DNA from: Podarcis vaucheri
Taxonomy: Eukaryota
Reading direction: 5' to 3' (one strand)
Length of the DNA: 64,000 nt
NCBI GenBank assembly: GCA_965113315.1
Contig: OZ220374.1
Below are positions 1-11,754 of the stretch, one piece after another. Position 1 is the first letter of the stretch. Each line of letters starts with the position of its first letter. Under the pieces are notes generated by a model. It had not been told where the DNA came from. It saw only the letters and a list, made by a program, of their open reading frames with translations, and searched no databases. The translations under genes and the position numbers were made by a program.

Positions 1-120
1 TGGAGTTGCTGGTTTTGGTTTTTACTATGTTATGCATTTTTTATGTTTTATATTGTGAACCACCTTGTGATCTTTAGATGAAGGGTGGTCTATAAATGTA
101 ATTAATTAATTAAAATAATA
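1..120 (+). mobile_element. L2-type LINE 3' tail fragment
   Basis: T-rich UTR then tgtgaaccaccttgtgatc...gatgaagggtgg..tataaat and an AAT-rich tail; similar copy at about 54175-54340. Confidence 0.6.
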
Positions 121-909
121 AAGTGTGGTCCTTATTGACTTTCCACGAGACAAGCCTCTCTATGCTTCATTCCTCTGTGATATAGATTGTTGTTCAAAGC
201 AGTTAGCATGCACAACGTGCTCATCTTTTCTGTGTGTACTTAGAGATGGCAAATGACACATTGATTCTTTCATATCAGTAAAATTAAAGTAGAATGCCTT
301 GGAGAAGAGAAAAAAAGTAATACGACTACATTGGCTACTCCGTGCTTAGCCATGTAGCCCAGAGGGGACAATGTTTGCAACTGTAAGGATTACAAGAAAA
401 CGGCTCAAATAAGTTTGGAATATTGTTATAGATCTATTATAAACATCCCATTACTAACCCTGATTTATTTCTGAAGCAATTCTCATTTCAAATGATTTAT
501 TGATCATTTCTCTTTTCTTCTTTTTTTCTGGCTTCACCAGTTGTCAAAATTAATTTATAGTAGAGCAATGCACAGTATTCATTGTCAAGAAGCTTGTGGA
601 GCTGGGGGGGGGGGAATGCTATTCTTCTCAGGTTATATCCATGGTGGCCTTGCATTAGTGCTTCTGCTTCAATAAGATGGGGGGGGGGGGATGAGGACAA
701 TGGGACAACCCAATTTTTGCCAAGTGCCACTGTTTACTGTGGGCTTTACTGTGGTATCCCATGTTGTTCTCTAGGGTCCTCCAATTCTTAAATGTTGCTT
801 GCTGTGTGGCATGGGGGACTGTGGTGGGTAAGGAGTTCAGAAAAAAAGTTGATGCCCTGCCCAGTATAAGTGTGTAAAGTCCATTCTGCTGATGCAAAGC
901 AGCCATTAG

Positions 910-1087
910 CAAACCCTCCAAGTGTCCCTATTTTCCAGGGACATCCCTGTTTTAGAGAAGCTGTCCTGGTTTTTTATTTGGTCCTGGAATGTCCCTTTTC
1001 CTGTAGGATGTCCCTATTTTCATCGGTGAAATGTTGGAGGGTATGGTAGAATGTCCCTATTTTATTGGAGAAATGTTGGATGGTATG
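910..1087. mobile_element. Non-autonomous DNA transposon (MITE) with a tandemly duplicated right end
   Basis: Left end caaaccctccaa is the inverted complement of ttggagggtatg (ending 1045), which recurs imperfectly ending at 1087; repeated tgtccct subterminal motif. Confidence 0.6.
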
Positions 1088-2103
1088 GAGTTATCCGGTC
1101 CCCAAGCTGTCTGAAGGCAATCTTGTATACAGAAGGTTTTTAAAAAATGTTTAATGCTTTAGATAGTGGTACCATTCAAGTCAAACTTCAGGGTATTGGT
1201 CTCAGGCTCAGCAGTCTGGCAGTGGGTGTCCAAATGTCTGCCAAAGACAGCAAGAAATGGTGAGGACAACAAATAGTCCCAGTTTCAACACTTAGTGTGG
1301 GAATACTGAGTCTAATGCCCACAGCTGCAACCTCCCCCCTTTTACCCTTTAAAAATCTTTGTATGGCAGTTGTGTTCTGTGCAGTGAAGCTCCAGCTACA
1401 CCTGCCATTTTCATTTCCCCTGAAATGCCTCTGGGCCCCACAGGGGCAAGTTACGCTACACATTACATCCAAATGCGAATACCAAAGTCTTGGCTTTTTA
1501 AAAATAAAAAGCCAGTCATGGGAGGTTGCAGTGTTGAGTGGAGGAATGGTGTAAGTGAAGGTGATTATTAGCCCTTTCCATGTAGCTTTATTTCCATTCA
1601 AAAGAAATCCAATAAATTAATATTATTTTTCACACTACATTCTTTTCAGAAAGGGTGAAAACAAGTTTCTTCAATTCCTCCCTGTCAAGTAGTGCTGCTT
1701 CTAATAGCTCTAAAGAGCTGGGTTCTTCCCTTGTTGCTGCAGTCCGTCCCCCCCATGAACATTCATGTTTATAGATCTCTGTATGTCTATTTCTCAAGTG
1801 CATGACCTAAACATATCCTGAATATTATTTGATTTTGTTAAGAAGCAGCGCTACTTAGTTATATTCAAAGGTCTCATCCACGCTTTCCCCCTGAGCCCAA
1901 GAGCTATTTCCATTGTTCCACGGCTGTGCCTTGTGAAAAACTGATTTACCTGATGGGTTGGATCTTAACTGTTCTTACTTGCGGAGTTGAAAAATCGAAA
2001 GAGAGATTTTGAGTGACCAAGCTTCAATTCAATGTAGCCATCATAATGATTTTGTATGTAGGAATCTCAACTTTTATTCTTAAAGTTTTGATCTTGCTCT
2101 TAG

Positions 2104-2226
2104 CAGATACTTCACTGTGTAAGGAGAGAGTCCATGCTTGTGAAGTCAAGACCCAAGTTCCAGATCAAGAACACTTCAGTAATCCTTCCAGCATCCCCTT
2201 CAATTGCACACATGGAGGATTCTGCT
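2104..2226 (+). CDS. MALRD1: MALRD1 exon (Cys-containing linker, probable degenerate LDLa): DTSLCKERVHACEVKTQVPDQEHFSNPSSIPFNCTHGGFC
   Basis: Pyrimidine tract plus TAG/CAG tandem acceptor (start 2104 or 2107), donor T|GTAAGA at 2227. Phase 1-1, in frame with the next exon. Weak sequence similarity only. Confidence 0.65.
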
Positions 2227-2959
2227 GTAAGATTTATTGAATATAGCTTTATTATAATTAATTTATAAAACTATCTCTTCAATATAATGCTCAGTCTACA
2301 TTATTTTTATTACATGGTCATATGCTGCTGAACTGATAGGGACCACCTCTGTAAACAGCACCTATAAACTTACACAAGGGTTATGTTCCAAGGTTCACGC
2401 CTAAAGCCAAAACCGTGTTTAGCCAAAACCATTGCATTCAGTGGTGGGTGGGATTACCAAAGCCATTTTTGCCAGAACCCTGCCCCCTTTCAATTTTTTT
2501 AAAAAATTTTTGCCAAAGAGCTTATATGGTAGATAGACTACAACCAGTCTTTATTGAGCATTTATTCTGATTATTTTAAGAGGCAATTATATGACAACAA
2601 GCTTTCACCTTTATTTGCTTGTGGGGTGTTTGCTTTTCCTTCCACTAATGATTTGCTTGTCCCACACATTGCAATGCATTTTGTCCTACCTCTCCAAAAT
2701 GTAAAAGCTCATTTTTTTAAGAAGGGCATTTGTGCTGGGGCAACAGACTTTAATTGCACAATTCCAAAATTCTGGTATGTGCTTGAATCCCTCCCGCAAC
2801 ATATTGACAGATTCAGGGGGCACCCTGGATATTTTCTTTATGTGGGAGCCCAAAGAAAGGGAATATGAGGAATTGAAGGAACAATGAATCTCCCAATAAT
2901 GAAAGTAATGTGAGATTCAATTAGCTTAAAGGAGAGTAACACATTGTTCTTTCATTCAG

Positions 2960-3106
2960 TTCAACAGAACTGCAGTTTTAAGATTCACGTGTGTGACTGG
3001 AATTCTGATGCATCTGCAGAACATGATTCCTGGGTTCCTGTGAAAGAATTAGATGATCGTGGCTTAAAATCTGTTCTTCTGAAAGATAGAAGCAATGACA
3101 CCAATG
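2960..3106 (+). CDS. MALRD1: MALRD1 exon, start of divergent MAM: QQNCSFKIHVCDWNSDASAEHDSWVPVKELDDRGLKSVLLKDRSNDTN(G)
   Basis: ttcattcAG acceptor, G|GTAATA donor, 147 nt, phase 1-1; C.F....C.W..W MAM N-terminal pattern. Confidence 0.82.
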
Positions 3107-3822
3107 GTAATAAAAATGAATTAAATACACATTTGTCAGCTGATGTGAAACCTGTGGCAATCATTTTTTATATATAAAGAAGAACCTTCATGACTATTGA
3201 ATGAAAAATTGCAGATAAAGATAAGAAATTTCAATGAAAGGAACATATTCAGAGTATGAGGTATGATAGCCAAGGCTCCCCCTTGTTCAGTTTCCACTTT
3301 TTGTTTGCTCATTGGTCAATTGTAATTAATTTTTATTATACTTCCTTTTGTTGTCTTTGAAAGGTACTTTACCTTTACCCTGCCCTCCAGTTAATCTTGG
3401 CAGCAGGTGATGGAGAGCAGGTGGTATGAATTCGGAGCAGGGATTCTCACATAGTTGAGTACCCCTTCCTTAAATTCTTATCCCATTCCTAGGTTGCAAC
3501 TTCTGTTACTCTTTCCAGCTGGAGAGGAATCTAGGGAGACTTTCTGCTCTTTAGAAGAGCTGCAGCAGTGACTGCCCAGCCTTGGCTGTGAAAAGGATAT
3601 GTGAGTGAGTTTGCTTTCCATACATGTTGCCTGCAGACCCATTGTAGGGAATTGTCGTAGTGTAGTGTTGTTGAAGGCTTGTTGAGGAAGGGAGGGCCTA
3701 AACGTGGAGAGAGAAGTGAATTAGCCTCATGTTATTTTGCTTCCTTCACTTGTGTCCATGATCTCTATATTTTTAGGAGCTAATATGTTTTTGCATCCTT
3801 ATCTAGAAAGTAGCTTCTGTAC

Positions 3823-4283
3823 AGTCAGGCGCTGGTGGTGGTTGCTTGTGAGTAACCAGGCAAGACTCTGACCTGTCTTTTACAGGTTTTATTGGTGCAA
3901 ACTATGTACAGTGCAGAAACCCAAAGTTCATGTCTGTCTCAGTCACTTGCAGATTCCGGGAGTGCCCCTTTCCGGTTTCTCCCCCAGCATAAGAACTTGG
4001 ACACCCCAAATCTCCGCCTCCCCTCCTTACATTTCAAACCTCTGCACAAGCAGGGCGACGGAAGCGGCGTGTTTGCCTCCTGGCCGGCTGGGCTAGGTGA
4101 GGTGCTTTTGCTCTCAGAGGCCTCTTCGAACCTTCCCTTCACCTCGGTTATCCCCTCCCCCCCCCTGCTCCACTGGAAGTGTGGCTTTCTCCACTGCTGG
4201 ACGAGGAGCAACTTCTCAGAAGCTTTGGAGGCTCTCGGTATTCCGCTGCCTCCCTCCCCCATTCCGATGGCAGTCCCCTGACA
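3823..4283 (-). mobile_element. Solo LTR (Gypsy-like), about 460 bp
   Basis: Ends (a)gtcagg...cctgaca, flanks tgtac/ggtac (5-bp TSD, 1 mismatch), AATAAA on the minus strand near 3890, locally GC/CpG-rich. Confidence 0.7.
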
Positions 4284-6312
4284 GGTACCATTATTAAAAT
4301 AAACAGAACTAAGTTTGAAGAGTCACAGCAGATCGCTAGAACATATTATTTGCACAGAGAAGATCCTATACTCTTATCTGTGGTTTCTCTGTTGCCGTCA
4401 GTCAGAGCAGGCAATGCTGAGCCATTCAGATTCAACTGTCGCATTTAGTGTAGGGCAGCTTTATATGTTCATATATAGTTCAGTGTTTCATCTTAAAATA
4501 ACTGCTGAAGCACTTTAAGGTCAGAAAAGTATAAGATGCATAGAAACATCATAATTTCTGGAATGTACCCCAAGGTTTCAGGTGGTTCAGTCTCACTCAT
4601 GATAGCTCAGACACCAAGCGTTTCTTTTCCTTCTATTTATTCCAAGGATAAATGGATAGCAGAGATCAGCTTTATAGCTCAAGCACAAAAAAACAAAACA
4701 AAAACCTCTCAATGTCACATACCGCTCTCAAAGGCGGCTTGCTGAGGTTGAGATTTGCAAAGAAAATGTTTTCTTTTCTAATTTTGTTCAAGCCCCATCC
4801 CACATAGATAGTGAGCATAAAATTAAATCATGATGGCAACTGGACAACAGTATTCATGAAACAAAATTGATTATAGAATATTTGTGAGTCTTTTAATGTA
4901 CTCATACATATAATAAACTTCTCTTCCTGACCTTGACTGATATTTTTCTAGCTGTGTGATTTCTATTTTCTGTGTTATTAAACTCTTGAGTTTTATGGCA
5001 CTTGCACTAGTTGGAACTTTATTGAAATGGATGAGCTTTGCATCAAAGGAGTCCTTGGACTAAAGAACAGAATGCCGGCCGCTTGTTTAATTGTCCTAAC
5101 GTTAAAAGATCTATTACCTGTTTGTTTATAGCATTTTCGGTATTGTTGTTTTCCTGCTGTTATAATTGGTATCTTTACTGGATTTTTCTTTCCTATTAGC
5201 TGTTTGCAAATATAGTGGACAATTATAGAGTTTCAGAATAAGCACATCATTTTAGCAACATATAAATTATGTAGTAAAAATCTTAATCACCCAACAGAGA
5301 GCATCTTCTGGTTTAGTGTTGTATTTAGCAAATATTTTCTTCCCTTTGCACTGTAAAAACATAAACAAAAAACAAAGCCCAGCTATTTAAGATTATTCGA
5401 CTGTTGCAGATTAGACTGCATTCCCCAAATCTAAGTTGGTGAAATATATACATTGTTTTTTCTGCCTTCTCCATAAGTGATTAGATTAAACTCACTGCTC
5501 ATTGATAGTTGAGAACATGTAACATGAGTTGGTATGAAAATTAGAAATGTTTAATTCCTTGCATCTGAATGTACAACCTTAGAGCAAAACTGTATCAAAC
5601 ACAAGCCACTTTAGGGCGTTGCTTTAAAATCCGAAAGTGTAACAAATGAATAAATGTATTTCTATTTACCAGTGGAAGTCTATGCAGCATTTTCACATGG
5701 CTGTACAGGACGCTGATATTAAAATTTGTCCATAGCCCTGTTCACACATCTCCCTCTATGTGATTTTAATCATACGAAGGGAAAGAGCTAAATCACGCCA
5801 CTGTCCCCATCTCTGCCAGCCTAGCCCACAGTCTATGCCAGGGGTTGCTAACCTGACACCTGCAAGTGCAGTAACACCCACCAGTGCTTCTTATGGCACT
5901 CATGAATTGTCTCAGTAAATAAATATCCTCTCAAATATCTGCAGTGCATGCTTGCTGTTCCTGCTCAGTTCCTGTTTACACTGGCTTGACTTATCCTACA
6001 TTAAACAAGGCCCCTTAAACATGCACACGTTTCATTGGGTGCCAGGATTTGACAATAATGTCAAAAAATACCCAATTAATGCAGATTACATAAAATTAAT
6101 GACAAATGTTTCTGGGAGCTGTTTCATTGATTATTTATTACATTTTGATCCCACCTTTCATCTAAGTGAGTTTAGGGCAGTGTACATGACTCCCTGTGAG
6201 ATAGATTATGTTGAAAGGAGGTGAGCTTCGAACCTGGGTCTGCTCTGTCTCACTCCAGCAGTCTAATCATTCATTCATCTTTCTTCCTTCAATTTAATTG
6301 TATGGCACTTTT

Positions 6313-6314
<2 letters not shown>

Positions 6315-6343
<29 letters not shown>
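6315..6343. repeat. (AC)n microsatellite
   Basis: About 14 perfect AC units. Confidence 0.95.
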
Positions 6344-6345
<2 letters not shown>

Positions 6346-7590
6346 GCTCAAAGCAGCTTGCAGCAAAACAGGGATGTGTTCCAAAGAAACACTACGGAAA
6401 CAATTTCATAATAACTTAGAGAAACAAAAATATAATAACATCCCCAAAAAACTACATTTCAATACTATAAATATAACAGGATTACTTAAACAAAAATAAC
6501 AAGGGAGTTTCATAGTTTCACCTTAGTCTTTTTCCATGATGTTTCTCACAGTCCCTCATAATGCTTCCAAAGACAAAGAGTGGGATAATCAGCCAGTCTT
6601 TACTAGCCAATACAAATATTGTTTTCTATTCAATGGAGGTTAGCATAAGCCCTGGTTTGCAGAATATTCTCTCTTTGCCTCCTTTTAAATGAACAGATTC
6701 CCTAATCCAGTACATCTAATCATGAATCTCTTCACATGGAAAGTTCTGAGAAGCACTCACATGAAAATCATTTTTGGGCAAAAGGTATTTCCATAAGCCT
6801 AGGGAATTCCCAAGTGATAAGGCAAATCCATGTTCCGAGCCCCTTACGTTCACCCACTGTAGGGACCCCTCACCATGTGGAAGCATTTCTCAGTGGCTGC
6901 CTCAGTGCTGCAACATGTTAAGTGCTCTGTTGTGAGTTCACCTACAAAATCTGGCTCATGTTATCTTGCCTACAATGTTACCCTTTGGACATGCATGCTG
7001 GGTTATCATAGCATTCATTCATCAAAGACTGACCTGTAAACTTAGTCTTTTTAAAGTGGTAATTATTGTCAAGGGAAAGTTTACTGACAGCTCCAAAATG
7101 AGATGCAAGGTCCTGTGCCTAGTGAGCTTCAAGGATATAGCCGTCTCAAAGCATAACTCTCTAACGAGGGCTTTTGATACACAGATGCGTACAAATGAGT
7201 GAGATTAAAAAACCTGCTTGAATAAAATCTAATCTTTTCTCCTAGATACAGTCTTTGAGCTGTTTGATCTCAAGTTGCTAAAAAAGGAAATTGAAATGGG
7301 GGGGGGGGAATCCCTATTAATACCCATGCCATATTAGTCAACCTATTCCCTGAGTGCAGAGGAACTTACTACTATCATTGAAAATTTGTGTTTATTCAGG
7401 AACCACTATTTTGTGTTAGGTTGCAGTCTTGTGCACATTTACCTTGGATTAAGGTATCCTGAACTCAATAAGACTGACTTCTGAATACACATACAAAGAA
7501 TTACTTTGTTAATTTGTTGCTGTGCGTAGTCTTTGCTAGACAATGCATTTATCAGTTCATATCCACTGAAGTTGGTGTTAAGATCAGAGT

Positions 7591-7755
7591 AAAAAGGTAA
7601 AGGGACCCCTGACCATTAAGTCCAGTCGCGGATGACTCTGGGGTTGCAGCGCTCATCTCGCTTTACTGGCCGAGGGAGCCAGCGTTTGTCCGCAGACAGC
7701 TTCCAGGTCATGTGGCCAGCATGACTAAGCTGCTTCTGGCGAACCGGAGCAGTGC
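7591..7755 (-). mobile_element. Sauria SINE, 5'-truncated
   Basis: aaaggtaaagggacccctgaccatt... is the reverse complement of the 3' half of the copy at 15794. Confidence 0.9.
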
Positions 7756-8308
7756 CATATTAGTTATTTGCAGTACCTAAGAAAATTATTTCTTTGCATA
7801 ATGGTCAAACTACATATAGGAGCTTTAAGGGAAAATAGCAGCTGGGAGGGGGGGTGTTGGCAGGGAATTGGTGTAGAGCCCTAACCCAGATTGGGAGAAC
7901 ATGGTGCATCGGAGCATAGCAACTGCCTTTCCTTCCAATACAAATGGCCATTTAAGTATAGTACCTGCTCTGCCCCCCCCCCCAAATAACCTAACATGTA
8001 GTTCAGCCTTTAAAGACCTCTCATTCTAACTCTCATTCTTTAAAGAACTCTCATTTTAAATGCAACAGATCAGCTGATCTGTTCACGTGATCATATCTTT
8101 TTTTCTACCATGGGAATATTAATGACAGCAATGTTATACACCAGCATGGATGACAATCGTAATCATTTAGCCTGAGGTCTCATATTGCAATGTGCTGCAA
8201 TCACACAATAGGAAGTTAATATCTAGAAGCCAGTCTGCATGGTGAGAATAATTTTACTGCACCCCTGCTTCCCCCATTTTCATTTGGTAGCAGGTATATG
8301 GTAAAAGT

Positions 8309-8675
8309 GGCGGGGACGCGGGTGGCGCTGTGGGCTAAAGCCTCAGCGCCTAGGGCTTGCCGATCGAAAGGTCGGCGGTTCGAATCCCCGCGGCGGGGTG
8401 CGCTCCCGCTGCTCGGTCCCAGCGCCTGCCCACCTAGCAGTTCGAAAGCACCCCCGGGGCAAGTAGATAAATAGGTACCACTTACCAGCGGGAAGGTAAA
8501 CGGCGTTCCGTGTGCGGCTCTGGCTCGCCAGAGCAGCGTTGTCACGCTGGCCACGTGACCCGGAAGTGTCTTCGGACAGCGCTGGCCCCCGGCCAATAGA
8601 TGTGAGATGGGCGCACAAACCCCAGAGTCTGTCAAGACTGGCCCGTTCGGGCAGGGGTACCTTTACCTTTACCTT
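8309..8675 (+). mobile_element. Sauria SINE, full length, young
   Basis: tRNA-like head (ggtggcgctgtgg, box B ggttcgaatcc), (ACCTTT)n tail, perfect 14-bp TSD tatatggtaaaagt (8295-8308 / 8676-8689), CpGs retained. Confidence 0.95.
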
Positions 8676-8752
8676 TATATGGTAAAAGTACCCTTGCTAT
8701 ATTGCCAGATAGTAAAAATAAGCAGATTCCCATATACCTACATGGACAATAC

Positions 8753-9313
8753 TGTTATGAGTTCATGGGTGCTAGACATTTCTAAATTCCTGGAGTCAGT
8801 AAGTGTTAGAATTTAATCAGACCCATGTGTAGTAAGTTGTGTGCTAGACACTTCTAATCCCCTGGAATCCGCAAGTGTCAAAAGCTGATTAAGCCAGACT
8901 AAGTTTCCTAAGTGAGGTGATAGTCTGGGAGATGAGCCATTAAGAAAACAGAGGATGAAAGGGGCTTGGTGTGAGACAGCAAATGAGTCGGGCCCCTCTT
9001 CCTCAACAGATACAGCTGGAGCTTAGAGAGTTAGAAGTTATGTGACTGAGAAATAAAGCAGCAGAGTGTGATGTTTTATGTCTGTTTGGATCCAAGGTCA
9101 TGCCTATGGCAGAAGCAACACTCTCTTGGGGTGTTGATGCTAGGAACCCCTCCATCGTAGGCTCAGGTTGCATATTTGTGCATATAAATCAAATATCATA
9201 AAGACACCACAGTCTTCACTGTGGCTCATTTCCAAAAGGAAACATGGACCCTGGGTAAGCACCTGAAATCCCTGGAATATTGCACTTCTCAGAGATTGGG
9301 GTGATGTGCAACA
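8753..9313 (+). mobile_element. Probable solo LTR, about 560 bp
   Basis: TGTT...AACA termini, flanks atac/atat, internal ~43-bp imperfect direct repeat (gtgctagaca..ctaa..cctgga...aagtgt). Strand is tentative. Confidence 0.6.
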
Positions 9314-9439
9314 ATATGTTGAATGCTAATATAGGACATGGTCAGTTGTAGCCACCCAATATTTTCGTTTGTACAATGTTCTGAATCACATGTCGGTGTG
9401 CTGCTAGTAGCCCTGGTTCTACAACCTGGGCAGTAGGCA

Positions 9440-10135
9440 TAGGGTAGCCTTGTGCCCTACTTTACAGAGGACAGTCCACTATTTGAAGAGCAGTTTGTAA
9501 TTTAGCATATGCAAACCTGTGGCCTCTTTTTTTTTTACAATAAAATAAAAAAGGTCGTTTATTGTTGCAAATGATTAAAAAGCAAGAACATTGCCTAGAA
9601 ATGGCTTGGTTCATGCTGAAAGGTTAAAACATCCCATCTCCTCCCATGGACCCATCTAGGTCATGGGCTGCGAGGGAACCACCAAGGGGTCTGACTCCTG
9701 CCCCATAAGCTCCCAGGCTGGCCCAGCAGTGGGGAAAGGCCAAAGGGCTCCCACCAAGAGGCAGCTAAAGGACAAGGAGGCCGGGAGACCTTTGCTCAAG
9801 AGGCCCAGGCAGTGAGTGGAAGATGGAGTGAAGGGGAGATGGGAGCCTGCTCAGGGCTTGGCTCCTTAGAGGGACAGGAAAGGAGGGAAAGGCTCTGCTG
9901 CCTCCCTGGCCTGGGCGGCTCCCCCCCAAAAAAATCTGTGTTTAGAGAGGAGAGGAAGGGGAGGTGGGGAAAGGACTCCGTGGCTTCAGTGGGGACAGTG
10001 GAGAGTGACCTTGTGGGGACATGGGCACTGGACTCTGCTGCAGAGACGCAGTGGCTGGCCTGGGGGCACCATGGGGGTGGGGGTGGCTGTGGCCTCTTTT
10101 TGGGGGGGGCTGGTACTGCATGAATGGCCACCCTA
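9440..10135. mobile_element. hAT (Tip100-like) MITE interrupted by a retroposed insert
   Basis: Termini tagggtagcc / ggccacccta; shares cctactttacagagg and attagcatatgca with the element at 39048-39402. Confidence 0.6.
9527..10086 (-). pseudogene. 5'-truncated processed retrocopy (putative C-terminal CDS, 3'UTR and polyA) of an unidentified mRNA
   Basis: 15-bp TSD ctgtggcctcttttt (9517-9531 / 10087-10101). Minus-strand AATAAA (9558-9563) lies 21 nt before an A10 tail. Open frame HPHPHGAPRPATASLQQSPVPMSPQGHSPLSPLKPRSPFPTSPSSPL* ends at 9942. Confidence 0.72.
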
Positions 10136-10724
10136 AATTGTCTTGAAGGAAAAAGAGAGAAATATGCAGCACAGAGGGCCTGTGGTTTACACAAGAACAA
10201 CCACTCCTGGAGCTTAAGCCCAAATAATGAGAAACAATCTCAAAATTCATATCAACAAACTATGAATCTCCAGTAGCAGGAAGCTGTGAAAATGTTCCCA
10301 TCCTGACACTGATTGTCCTGTAGATAAGAAGAGTCCTGAACTTCTGTTTGAACCAGGGTTAAGTGAAGAAGAGTTCAGCGAGCCACATGATCAAAAATGC
10401 CAGAAAGCCAGTGATACTACTAAATCATTTGTGGAAACTCATAGAGAATGGAAGCAGATTGCTCCATATTAGGAGGGTGGAAGGACCTGAGGACTTCTTC
10501 AAACGGAAGCTACAATGGAGACAACACACTGGCCGCTGGGCAGACGCGATGCCTGTGTAGCATTAAGTCTATGGTGGTGGCGGCTAATATGTGGCCCTCC
10601 CGTTGTTGCTGAATGGCAATTCCAATTATCCTTGATCATTGGTTGTACTGTCTACACCAGCAACATCTGGAAAGTCACACTTTAGCCATCACTGGACCAT
10701 GGCTGCCAGGATTTTTCTGGTCTG

Positions 10725-11150
10725 ATTTCAAAGTTGGTGCTCGTGTTTAAAGCCCTAAATGGTTTGAGACCTCAATACTTGAGGTAGTGCCATTCTTCAT
10801 ATACTCATACCAGAGCATTAAAATCTCGGGGGGCTCTCATCTGTGTTCCACCTTTAGTAGGGCACACATGTGGAGATGTTGGAGAAGGCCTTATCTGCTG
10901 TAGCACCCTGGCTGTGAAATGGCCTCCCCTTGGGGACCAGTCCTCATTGGCTTCATTTTGGCACCAAGCATTTTGGCAGCATGAACTGCAGTTGCATTTG
11001 AGCTAACTATGTTGATTCTTACTGCTGAGCAATGGCTTTTATGTTGGCTATAATTATTAATGAGTACTGATTTTTGTGTTGTCATTTTATGGATTGTAAC
11101 CTATCTCTGAGATCATCTGATATAAGGCAGGTTAGAAATAAGGTTACTAT
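10725..11150 (+). mobile_element. L2 LINE 3' fragment (degraded)
   Basis: Residual ORF2 peptide VLVFKALNGLRPQYLR, gccttatctgctgtagcaccc motif and an L2-like tail; ends about 90 nt before the exon at 11236. Confidence 0.7.
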
Positions 11151-11235
11151 AAATTGTTATCATTGTTATCATCATCAATATTAAAGGAACCAATCTTTTA
11201 TTTTTAGAAGAACTAATGGAGAGATTCTTTTTCAG

Positions 11236-11381
11236 GCCACTATAAGTGGATCAACACATCATATGAAAGCCCAACTCTGAATGGCACAATGTGTCATTGC
11301 TTTGGTGAAAACTGCCATATTTGGTTTCATTACACCATGGTGGATAACAGCGTTCTCAAAGCAGTCCTTTATACTGATGCG
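11236..11381 (+). CDS. MALRD1: MALRD1 exon: (G)HYKWINTSYESPTLNGTMCHCFGENCHIWFHYTMVDNSVLKAVLYTDA
   Basis: tttttcAG acceptor, GCG|GTAAGT donor, 146 nt, phase 1-0. CHC.G..CH..F.Y matches the recalled human segment. Not in the ORF track. Confidence 0.9.
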
Positions 11382-11754
11382 GTAAGTAAAAAATTGTGGA
11401 TATAATTCAGTTTCAGACAGAAAAACAGACTTTCTCTTGCAGCGCATGCCTAATCTCCCTTCCTTTTTCATCCAGTTATCCAGGAACAGGAACAAAGCTT
11501 TTATAGGAACCATTGAATAGTAGCACATTGTTTTAAAGAAGTTCTTTGTGCATTTTCAGTAGGAAGGTATAATATACTAAGCTCCAGCAGAAAAGCTGGA
11601 AGAATGGAACTTGTCTGCAGAAACAAACACTTTAAAAAAATAGGATTAATTGTTTTTGCAGGCTTCAATGTTGTGTTTCCTTTAATGATTTCATACATTC
11701 TTTTCGAAATGGAAAAAACAACAACACCACTAGTAGTAGGGAAAGGCTATTTGG

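Noticed and set aside
2356-2530. Possible degraded Tigger-like element
   Set aside because: TIRs and TSD could not be established.
6966-7202. 78-aa ORF considered as the missing MAM exon
   Set aside because: No MAM motifs; the true exon was found at 11236-11381 with correct phase.
8312-8400. tRNA-like A/B boxes (also at about 15794 and 58720)
   Set aside because: These are SINE heads with no complete cloverleaf, not tRNA genes.
8216-8635. Similar ORFs at 8216-8635, 15844-16071 and 57901-58197 resembling a small gene family (GHVASMT, GTYLSTC, GFEPPTF)
   Set aside because: They are antisense translations of Sauria SINE copies.
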